From sequence record SRR20825006_1106: a DNA stretch of 58,084 nt, one strand, 5' to 3'. The position numbers and the translations under genes are program-made. Shown here piece after piece: positions 1 to 8,232 of this stretch (position 1 is its first letter; the number at the start of each line of letters is the position of its first letter). The notes under the pieces were generated by a model. It was not told where the DNA came from. It saw nothing but the letters and a program-made list of their open reading frames with translations, and did not search any database.

Positions 1-178
1 CTTTTAAATCACTTTTTTTAACAGACTCGGGTAAGCTACTACCACTTGGCCAATCTAAATTATATACCGTAGTAAGCCATACCGCCCGTACCTCACTATT
101 TGGGAGCTCTGATTGTGCGAAGCTTAAGGAAGCTCCTAATAAACATATTGTGATAGCTAAGAGGCTTATTCTTTTCAT
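1..178 (-). CDS. 5' end of a second GHL10 (YddW/DUF187-like) glycosyl hydrolase, truncated by the window edge; not in the ORF track
   Basis: Manual translation from ATG at 178 gives MKRISLLAITICLLGASLSFAQSELPNSEVRAVWLTTVYNLDWPSGSSLPESVKKSDLK..., colinear with the N-terminus of the 247..2235 protein (AQSELPDREVRAAWIATVINLDWPSG...VKKTDLK). Confidence 0.9.
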   Translation of the reverse strand, partial: MKRISLLAITICLLGASLSFAQSELPNSEVRAVWLTTVYNLDWPSGSSLPESVKKSDLK

Positions 179-193
179 AATTGAATATTTGTG

Positions 194-231
194 AAAAAAA
201 AAGGAGCTAATATTTCTATTAACTCCTTTTT
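194..231 (-). terminator. Rho-independent terminator after the GHL10 gene
   Basis: Minus strand reads AAAAAGGAGTTAATA-GAAA-TATTAGCTCC followed by a T run. Confidence 0.85.
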
Positions 232-246
232 AATATGAAATTGATT

Positions 247-2235
247 TTATTTTATAAGAGTTAGTTTTCGTGTTAGAACAACACCACTACTCTTTAATTG
301 GTATATATACACACCAGATGCAAATGTGGATGCATCAAAATTAAAAGTATGCTCACCTTGTGCAAGTCTTGAGTTAACAAGAGTCGCAACTTCTCTACCT
401 AATACATCATACACCTTAAGAGATGCCAATCCTGTCTTACCAAGTTTGAATGAGATTGCAGTAGTTGGGTTAAAAGGATTTGGATAATTCTGATTTAGTG
501 AGAAATTATCTGCAATGCTAGTTTCTTCTTCTTTAGAAACTACCACACCTGCATCCTGAGGTTCAGACGGTTCACTTTCAACACCATTACGTGATACAGC
601 AGTCACAACATAATAAAAACGACCTTCTGAGCCAATTCCTACGATATCAGTAAATGTAGTTTCACCTGTTAACCCAATTCTATTTTCTGGATTACTAATC
701 ACTTCATTCACATCTGGTTCAGCTTGGCTATCTACACGATATATAGCGTAGTTCAATAAAGTATCAGCATCCGCAGTAGGAATATTCTTAGCAAGTGGAG
801 AAATAGGACGTTCCCAAGTAAGTGTAAACTTATTTTGTTGAGACTCATCTGGAGTTAAAACAATGCTTGATGGAGTAAAAGGCTCTGTTGTATCCAACCA
901 ACCCATTGTAGGTACAATAGCCGGCTTTCTATAATAATTTGTTATTAAAGAATCTCTTAACCCTTGAGAATAATAGGTAGTAATATTCTTCATTCTAAAT
1001 ATAGAAGAACCTTGAATATTAGGATTATTTCGAGCGTACTCAAGCTGTCTAGGAATTTCGGTAGCTTTAAAAGAAGTTCCTGAATAAGTACTTTTGTCGG
1101 ATCTGTAAGCGCCATGACCTGTATATAAATGACGATCATATTTAGCTACTTCTCCAGCCCACCAATCTGCTAGTTTTGCAAAATCTTGGCCACCACCAAA
1201 CTGCCAATACAGCTGAGGTAGTAGGTAATCAACATCGCCATTTTCTGCCCATTTAAGAGCATCAATATATAATGTTGTGTATGCATCTAAGCCAGAAATC
1301 CCAAATGGAACTCCATTTCTATGAATACCGAATGGACTAACACCGAATTTAACCCAAGGCTTTGCCGTTTTAATACTGTCATTTAATTGAGCAATAAATA
1401 TCTCTACGTTATCTCTTCTCCAATCATCTTTACTAGTAAATCCTCTAGGTTGTAAAGCAAAAGAACTATCATCTAAAGCATTATTGGCTGAGTTTGCACC
1501 CATATGGTTTGGAGGATAAGGATAGAAGTAATCATCAAAATGGATACCATCAACATCATATCTACTTACGATATCCATAATGATCATAGTAACATAATCT
1601 CTTACTTCTTGTAAACCTGGATCAGTTATAGCAATACTTCCATTAGTCCCAGCATTCATAACCATAATCCATTCTGGATGCTTATTTGCAACATGCATAG
1701 AATCTCTTTCAGTTGTTCCTATTTTAAACTTAGGAGCATTTACATCATATTCTTTACCCAATATTGCTTCAACACTTTCATCAATAGCTACTGCAATTTC
1801 TTTTTGAGTATAATCGGAAGGGATTGATCTCATCGCGCGATAAGGATTTAACCAAGCGTGTAATTCCATACCAAGCTTGTGAGCTTCTTCTACTGCGAAC
1901 GATAATGGATCCCAATATGGATCTGGTGCAACACCTTCTTCACCTGTTAGGTACTTTGACCAAGGCTCATATGGAGAATCATAAAGTGCATCTCCCTCAG
2001 CTCTAACTTGAAAGTATACAGTATTTATTCCTGCAGCTTTTAAGCTTATCAATTTATTTTTTAAATCAGTCTTTTTAACCTCTTCAGGTTGGGTATTCCC
2101 ACTAGGCCAGTCCAAGTTTATAACTGTTGCAATCCATGCTGCCCGTACCTCTCTATCAGGAAGTTCTGATTGGGCAAAGCTAACAGAGCCTAATAAGAAA
2201 CTAACACATATAACTAATAAGCTTATTTTTTTCAT
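247..2235 (-). CDS. GHL10 (family-10-like glycosyl hydrolase, YddW/DigH family) with FN3-like domain and T9SS type A C-terminal sorting domain
   Basis: Motifs EVRAAWIATV.NLDWP, YFQVR, HAWLNPYRA, RYDVDGIHFDDYFYPYP, FGVSPFG, PQLYW; tail NYPNPFNPTT...SGVYIYQL...LTLIK. Start moved to MKKISLL (signal peptide) because the upstream TTG lies inside a terminator. Confidence 0.9.
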   Translation of the reverse strand: MKKISLLVICVSFLLGSVSFAQSELPDREVRAAWIATVINLDWPSGNTQPEEVKKTDLKNKLISLKAAGINTVYFQVRAEGDALYDSPYEPWSKYLTGEEGVAPDPYWDPLSFAVEEAHKLGMELHAWLNPYRAMRSIPSDYTQKEIAVAIDESVEAILGKEYDVNAPKFKIGTTERDSMHVANKHPEWIMVMNAGTNGSIAITDPGLQEVRDYVTMIIMDIVSRYDVDGIHFDDYFYPYPPNHMGANSANNALDDSSFALQPRGFTSKDDWRRDNVEIFIAQLNDSIKTAKPWVKFGVSPFGIHRNGVPFGISGLDAYTTLYIDALKWAENGDVDYLLPQLYWQFGGGQDFAKLADWWAGEVAKYDRHLYTGHGAYRSDKSTYSGTSFKATEIPRQLEYARNNPNIQGSSIFRMKNITTYYSQGLRDSLITNYYRKPAIVPTMGWLDTTEPFTPSSIVLTPDESQQNKFTLTWERPISPLAKNIPTADADTLLNYAIYRVDSQAEPDVNEVISNPENRIGLTGETTFTDIVGIGSEGRFYYVVTAVSRNGVESEPSEPQDAGVVVSKEEETSIADNFSLNQNYPNPFNPTTAISFKLGKTGLASLKVYDVLGREVATLVNSRLAQGEHTFNFDASTFASGVYIYQLKSSGVVLTRKLTLIK

Positions 2236-2263
2236 AATCGTTTTAAAAAGTCTTAGTGGTAAT

Positions 2264-2294
2264 AAAAAAAAAGGCAGCATAACGCTGCCTTTTT
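2264..2294 (-). terminator. Rho-independent terminator
   Basis: Minus strand AAAAAGGCAGC-GTTAT-GCTGCC followed by T9, 18 nt after the stop of the 2313..3683 gene. Confidence 0.85.
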
Positions 2295-2312
2295 AAAGAA
2301 CAAATAAATTGA

Positions 2313-3683
2313 TTATTTAATCAATGTCATTTTGTTTGTTAAGCGTACACCATTAGCCTGTAGGCTATATAGGTAAACACCAGAAGCAAGATTACTTGCA
2401 TCAAAAGTAGCAGTATGAGTACCAGCTGTAAATCTTCCGTTAGCTAAAGTAGCAACTTCACGTCCAGTCATATCATACACTTTAATACTAACTAAACCAG
2501 AATTTTTCACAGTAAAGTTAATGTTAGTAGTAGGGTTGAATGGGTTTGGATAGTTTTGCTCTAACTCATAACCAGAAGGTAGTTCTGCAACTTCATTTTC
2601 ATTAGCTACAGTTGGCTCACCTGGAACATATTTCTGAACTGCAGGAGAACCTGCACCAAACATAGAGATGTAAGCAACACCACCGTCAGCAGTAAAGTCA
2701 ATACCTCTTGGTCTAGCATCGCCATAAGTACCATCAATAGTACCAGCATTCCAAAGAATACTATCTACAGGTGCTTCGTTTTCAGTTCCTAAATCAGCAA
2801 CATCAAACGCGTAGAACGTTTCTGGACGGTATTTGTCTGTATCAGGGAAATCATTAGTTGAACCAGCACCAACCCAAAGGTTGCCTGTTACAGGGTGTAG
2901 GTCAAAAGCTTCTGATTTTATACCAGCAAGAACAGTATCAGGAATTGTGTTAAAACCACTGAATTCATCAGGACGAGTATATTTAAGAACTGCGCCTAAA
3001 GTATAACCAGCCCACCAGATAGTATTACCATCAGCTGAAACTTGGAAATCACGTGAAAAACTACCAGTTAATGTAAATAGCTCTTCTGGATTTTCTAAAT
3101 TTGAATCAAACTTAACTATTGGTGCGTCAGCGCCAACAACTGCAGAAACATATGCGTTTCCATCAGCATCAAAAGTAGCTTCTGTAAGAGAGCCAATACC
3201 TGGTTCTACTTTTTTCAATACTTTTCCAGTTTTGTAATCAAACTTGAAAAGAGTTAACCACTGAGATGCAACAACATTTCCATCAGCATCAGCGGCAATA
3301 CCACGACCAGTACGAGTATCATATCCACCAGCACCATCAGCTAATGTTGGATCCCAAAAACGACCTAAAGTGTCATTAGCGGTTGTACCATCAGCCCATT
3401 CAAGAATATATAGTGGGCTAAAGTCAGCTGGCGAACCATCTGCATTGTATACATAGATAGCCGTAGTTGTAACGGTATCTTTTGTTCTGTTTAACACAAC
3501 ATTTTCAGTTGCGTAGTAAGGTTGCATCCATACTTTTCCATCAGGATCAACAGCAACTCCGTGAACATCACGCAGGTTGTCAGTTCCAAATGCTTTAAAA
3601 GTAGTGTCTTGTTTCCACTGAGCTGACACCAAGCTTGGTAAAAGCATTAGTGCAAGAAGTGGAAGAATTAGCAATTTTTTCAT
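2313..3683 (-). CDS. Secreted beta-propeller (NHL-like) protein with T9SS type A C-terminal domain
   Basis: Sec signal peptide ending VSA-Q; repeated blade motifs (HGVAVDPDGKVW, RGIAADADGNV, RDFQVSADGNTIW, RGIDFTADGGVAY); tail NYPNPFNPTT...SGVYLY...MTLIK; AGGAG upstream of ATG. Confidence 0.8.
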   Translation of the reverse strand: MKKLLILPLLALMLLPSLVSAQWKQDTTFKAFGTDNLRDVHGVAVDPDGKVWMQPYYATENVVLNRTKDTVTTTAIYVYNADGSPADFSPLYILEWADGTTANDTLGRFWDPTLADGAGGYDTRTGRGIAADADGNVVASQWLTLFKFDYKTGKVLKKVEPGIGSLTEATFDADGNAYVSAVVGADAPIVKFDSNLENPEELFTLTGSFSRDFQVSADGNTIWWAGYTLGAVLKYTRPDEFSGFNTIPDTVLAGIKSEAFDLHPVTGNLWVGAGSTNDFPDTDKYRPETFYAFDVADLGTENEAPVDSILWNAGTIDGTYGDARPRGIDFTADGGVAYISMFGAGSPAVQKYVPGEPTVANENEVAELPSGYELEQNYPNPFNPTTNINFTVKNSGLVSIKVYDMTGREVATLANGRFTAGTHTATFDASNLASGVYLYSLQANGVRLTNKMTLIK

Positions 3684-3772
3684 AAATGTTCTCCTATTTG
3701 TATCTGTTTTATCTATAACGATATTGATTTGCTGAATGAACAGCTGTTATTGTTTCTGTGAAGTCTCTGTGA

Positions 3773-5041
3773 TTAATAAACTCCTGCACGAGTTTTATCA
3801 TAAGTATCTAAATAGTTAATACTCGCCTCTGTACCGTTTACTCCAACTACCATAAAGCGATCACTTCTCCAACTTAGAGTAAATGCACCTTCTTTTATAA
3901 CTCCATCATAAAATGGAATATGAGATTTGTTAGGAAAGATCTTAACCAAACTCTCTACTGCAGTTGTAGCTAGGATCAAATCTCCATTAGAAGCCAATAT
4001 CATAGACCGAATGCTTCCATCATAGTTAGCTTGGAAATCGAAGTATTTTTCTCCAACACCTAAGTCTCCATTAGCATCAACTGGAATTCTCCATATTTCT
4101 TTATTACCGTTTATACTTCCGGCAACAAATAAGAAGTCTTCAAAAACAGCTACTGCATTTAAATCGCCCACGAAAGGAAACTTAGTTTCGGCTTTTGTAA
4201 CTGCGTTAAAGCGATGAATATTATCACTACCTAAGCCAACAACCCAAAGGAAACCTTTTGAATCTTTAACCATATTCATAATTTTTAGGCCACCAGAAGA
4301 TGAAGCAGCCCAAACTGATTCTCTTTTATCGTCCCCAAATGTCTTTTGGAAAATAGCTCGAATACTCTGTTGACTCATAAGCAATGTATCACCACCATTA
4401 TATACAATAGAGCTATACTGAGTGAAGCGCATTGTACTATCGGTAGGATAAGGTCGTGTATCACCAAAAGTAGGTCTTGCTTCACCTGAAGCTTTTACTT
4501 GATCAAGCGTGATAGTACCATCTGGGGCTATTTTAGAATAACGAATTCTACCCGTAGCACTGTTGTCAACAATAGTGTAAATATTGTCATCACCATCCAT
4601 TGCAATACCTGATGTAGGCGCGTGATTTGCACTTGTACCATTATAAAAATCAAATGGGTCGTCTAGCTTATAAGGAAAAGTATTACTAAAAAACTCAGAT
4701 CCTCTAACAGAGATTCTTACTGGAACCTCATTGCCTACTTTAAAACCTGGACGAACTACCATCTGTGTAGAGTTTGATCTGTAAATAATACCTGGAACTC
4801 CACCAAAATTTAAAGTCATACTATCCAAATCAGTAGTGAAATTCTCACCATTAATAATAAGAGAATCAACTCCTGCTAAATATCCACTAGCAGGTATAAT
4901 ACTACTTATCACTGGACTAGGCTGAGATGATTCGTAATCTGGGTCAAATAAACTTCCAGCTTCCTTTTTACAAGAAGAAGTAAGCATTAATAACCCAGCT
5001 AAGCCTAGTGCTAATATTCTATTTCTGTCTAATTTATTCAT
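3773..5041 (-). CDS. Lipoprotein with IPT/TIG domain and C-terminal beta-propeller
   Basis: Lipobox LTSS-C; IPT-like PVISSIIPASG...LIINGENF; propeller-like repeats (GIAMDGDDNIY, MVKDSKGFLWV, MILASNGDLI). Confidence 0.75.
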   Translation of the reverse strand: MNKLDRNRILALGLAGLLMLTSSCKKEAGSLFDPDYESSQPSPVISSIIPASGYLAGVDSLIINGENFTTDLDSMTLNFGGVPGIIYRSNSTQMVVRPGFKVGNEVPVRISVRGSEFFSNTFPYKLDDPFDFYNGTSANHAPTSGIAMDGDDNIYTIVDNSATGRIRYSKIAPDGTITLDQVKASGEARPTFGDTRPYPTDSTMRFTQYSSIVYNGGDTLLMSQQSIRAIFQKTFGDDKRESVWAASSSGGLKIMNMVKDSKGFLWVVGLGSDNIHRFNAVTKAETKFPFVGDLNAVAVFEDFLFVAGSINGNKEIWRIPVDANGDLGVGEKYFDFQANYDGSIRSMILASNGDLILATTAVESLVKIFPNKSHIPFYDGVIKEGAFTLSWRSDRFMVVGVNGTEASINYLDTYDKTRAGVY

Positions 5042-5052
5042 TAACAAACCTA

Positions 5053-6069
5053 TTAAAAATCTAGTCTAAAACTAATTCTGTTAACATTTCCAAAAACTCC
5101 AAACTCTGTATAAGCATAGTCTACAGATAAATTAATTTTCCCTAAAGGCTGTGTAATACCACCGCCAAAAGAGATGCTTTCCTCATCCTCAGATGGAATT
5201 GCATATCCACCTCTTATATTAAAACGGTTTAAGAATCCATAATCTAAACCTAACACTAGTTGCTCATCATAATCCCGAGGTCTACGAGCGTCAATACTTA
5301 CTAAAAGACTATGAGTATTCCCATCTAGTTTTGTTAAATCTATAACATCCATGGCTAGGCCAATCTTAAAAGTCATTGGTAATTCAGCACTTTCATCATC
5401 AAAAGAAATTTCTTTTGAGAAATTTTGAACAACCATAGCAAAATTTAAGCTTTCAAATCCAGTCTTATAAAGAACTCCAAAATCAAGAACTCCTGTACTT
5501 GCGCTGAAAGATTCACTTAAATACCCACCAGCACCGTCAGTGTTCATATTTATTGAACCTAGCTTTTGGGTTACATATCTAAAATTTGCACCAACTGAGA
5601 ATTGTTCTGTAATTGCATTAGCATAAGCAACGCCAATCGCTACACCGCTCGGGTTAACAGCATCAACATCTCTATATCCACTAGGTAATGAACCATCTAC
5701 CACTGTAGATAAGATAGAACCATAATCTACAGATAAGACGTTGAAACCTATTACTCCAAAATTTCGATTAGTAGGACGAAATGTAAAAGAAGCAGAGTTA
5801 TAGTTTATATCTGCAATGTATTGAACTACTCCACCGCTAAAATCGTATTTGCTATCTGAATTAGCAATTGCAGCTGGGTTATAAAATACTGATGATGATC
5901 CTAATTCTAAAGCAGTTACTGCATTCGACATAGCCGCAGCATTTGCCGAAGGTGAAACACTCAGAAATTTCATGCTTGTTTGCGCTCTTTTTGATTGTGC
6001 CACAACATCTAAAGTAGAAAGCGACAAACCAATAATAAATAAGAAGGTAATTTGATATTTTCTCACCAT
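5053..6069 (-). CDS. PorV/PorQ-family outer-membrane beta-barrel (FadL-like fold)
   Basis: N-terminal FLSVSPSANAAAMSNA...SVFYNPAA signature of PorV/FadL-like barrels; alternating beta-strands; C-terminal DYAY..FG.FG.VNRISFRLDF. Confidence 0.8.
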   Translation of the reverse strand: MVRKYQITFLFIIGLSLSTLDVVAQSKRAQTSMKFLSVSPSANAAAMSNAVTALELGSSSVFYNPAAIANSDSKYDFSGGVVQYIADINYNSASFTFRPTNRNFGVIGFNVLSVDYGSILSTVVDGSLPSGYRDVDAVNPSGVAIGVAYANAITEQFSVGANFRYVTQKLGSINMNTDGAGGYLSESFSASTGVLDFGVLYKTGFESLNFAMVVQNFSKEISFDDESAELPMTFKIGLAMDVIDLTKLDGNTHSLLVSIDARRPRDYDEQLVLGLDYGFLNRFNIRGGYAIPSEDEESISFGGGITQPLGKINLSVDYAYTEFGVFGNVNRISFRLDF

Positions 6070-6076
6070 TGCTCCG

Positions 6077-8224
6077 TTACAAAATAATTACAATTTTTCG
6101 AATCACAACTCGTCCATACTCAGGATCATTCTCATCCTGATTCGTAATTCTAGCTATATAAATACCGCTAGCTACTCGTTGCCTATCCTCTGTCCTCAAA
6201 TCCCAATATTCATCACCACTACCATTAACATGATAAATAGTTCTTATTGGTTCACCTATTTCTGTATAGATATCAATCTTAGATATACCAGGAATTTCAT
6301 AGAAGGCGATTCTATCATTTCCACTTTGATCTAAAAGTAAAGATTTATCAATGTTACTATTGTATGGATTTGGAACTACACGAATATCCGACATTGCTTC
6401 GCCAGCTTGTCTTAGTAATCGAGCGGGATCATATGTTTGAGAGTAATATCTATTGCTTCTAAGGCTTACACCTGTAGGTGTACTTCCCGTTGCGTCATTA
6501 TTTGGTTTGCCTTTAGCCACCACATAATAATAATAGTCACGGCCACGCACAGGAGTTGGTGTATCTTCAGAATACCCACCAGGATCGTTTGCTCTTGCAA
6601 CATCCCCATCACTAATAAAGCGTGTACCCGGTAGAGCTGTATAAACTAATCTATAAGTACTATCAACACGGCCTGATGCTCTATAGATTTCAAAACCATC
6701 TATTCCTGATTCATCATCATAATCCCAAGTAACTTCAATACCATTACCCGCTGAGTTTACAATTACATTAGTTGGTGGTAATGGCCCCTCTGGAATGTCA
6801 TAACCTGATTGATAATTTTTTATCGCACGGTCGAAAGTTTGGAATAGTGAATCTCTACCTTGGAAAACAACTTGATTCTTTTCGAGATTTGAAATTAAAC
6901 CATTCTTAAAGTCTGCACCCGTTTTGTTAGCTAACTCTTTATCTATACCAGCAGAACCTTCAGCTATTACTATAGTCACACTTTCACCTGGTGCTAAAGT
7001 ATAAGGACCATAGCCAGTGTTATACGACCAACCACCAGCAGTTGCACCTGTTGAAGGATCTTTCGTAGGGTCAAGAAAGCCTGGTAAACCACTTGGCTCT
7101 ATTTTAAAAGCTTGTCTAGGAGTCCTACCTTCGCTCATTAAGTTATATTCTGCTTCCATTTTTAATGGATCAAACGGACTATTATTTCTCGATAATAATC
7201 CATCTGAATCAGATTGAGACATAGTGGAAGGTTGATTGATGTCATCTGATTTATCCGTTGCTGATTTATCAGCATGTAAAGTTACTGAACCCACAAAGTG
7301 ATAAGCTACTAAAGCACCCGTTGTATCAGCAGCGTCTAACCAACCACCTGTTGTGTTTGGTACCCAAATAGGACCACCGATATTATCAAAATCAGCAGGA
7401 GCACCAGTTGGTTTGTACGTAGAAAACAAACCATGCCAAGCAAAATGAGCTCTAAAATCTTCAACCTCACCAGGCTGCATACCATCACCTCTACGGTCAA
7501 TCATGGTGTTTAACCCCCAACCGGTACCGTTACCAACAGTATAACGACTTGCTTTAACAGGAGCCATTCTATTTTGAAGGAATAAATAAACGTTATTTAC
7601 AGTTTCGTTAGGAAGTTCAATTTCAGCATCGTCATCAGTATTACCAGTGTTTGTTAATGTATACTCTATCACATGGTAATTGTCGTGATATTGTTGACTA
7701 AACTGTTTAGCAGTTCTTGTTAACGTAATACCTAACAGAGAATTCATTTCCGTAACAATTGCCCGATCTGCTTTCATCGCAGGGTCTACTTCGTCGTTGT
7801 TTACATTCTTACCGTAAGAACCTAATCCATCAACGTAAACTTCCGGAGGAGCAAATCTACTCACTGTTTTAATTTCTACAGGGTAAAATTCACCAAGACC
7901 TGTTACACGAGGTCCAACGTGAACTACTCGATAATCATAGGTATTACCCTGATCATCAACTACATCAGTTGCGCCAATCCACATAGCTTTAGCAGCCTGC
8001 GCATCCTGCCCTCTGTAAATAGCTGGCCATTGCCAACCACCTTGCTGTTCTTTTATAAAGCCTTCTTCAATTTCAGAACCAATACTGGAATAGAAATTAT
8101 GAAAGGATCCCACATTAAGCCATCTGTAATCTATCTGCGCATAACTATATGACGCGAAGATTATTGAGAAAGCAAGGGTTAAAAATAGTTTTTTGGAAAT
8201 ATTGTAAATCATATATCGATACAT
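6077..8224 (-). CDS. Secreted protein of unknown function with FN3-like domain and atypical T9SS-like C-terminal domain (VVPNPY type)
   Basis: Signal peptide ending SYA-Q; FN3-like PLPP...VTWD...GFEIYRAS...YYYYVVA; tail DIRVVPNPY...IDIYTEIGEPIRTI...WDLRT...VASGIYIARI. Start uncertain (8212, 8224 or 8236). Confidence 0.7.
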   Translation of the reverse strand: MYRYMIYNISKKLFLTLAFSIIFASYSYAQIDYRWLNVGSFHNFYSSIGSEIEEGFIKEQQGGWQWPAIYRGQDAQAAKAMWIGATDVVDDQGNTYDYRVVHVGPRVTGLGEFYPVEIKTVSRFAPPEVYVDGLGSYGKNVNNDEVDPAMKADRAIVTEMNSLLGITLTRTAKQFSQQYHDNYHVIEYTLTNTGNTDDDAEIELPNETVNNVYLFLQNRMAPVKASRYTVGNGTGWGLNTMIDRRGDGMQPGEVEDFRAHFAWHGLFSTYKPTGAPADFDNIGGPIWVPNTTGGWLDAADTTGALVAYHFVGSVTLHADKSATDKSDDINQPSTMSQSDSDGLLSRNNSPFDPLKMEAEYNLMSEGRTPRQAFKIEPSGLPGFLDPTKDPSTGATAGGWSYNTGYGPYTLAPGESVTIVIAEGSAGIDKELANKTGADFKNGLISNLEKNQVVFQGRDSLFQTFDRAIKNYQSGYDIPEGPLPPTNVIVNSAGNGIEVTWDYDDESGIDGFEIYRASGRVDSTYRLVYTALPGTRFISDGDVARANDPGGYSEDTPTPVRGRDYYYYVVAKGKPNNDATGSTPTGVSLRSNRYYSQTYDPARLLRQAGEAMSDIRVVPNPYNSNIDKSLLLDQSGNDRIAFYEIPGISKIDIYTEIGEPIRTIYHVNGSGDEYWDLRTEDRQRVASGIYIARITNQDENDPEYGRVVIRKIVIIL

Positions 8225-8232
8225 TAAATCAA

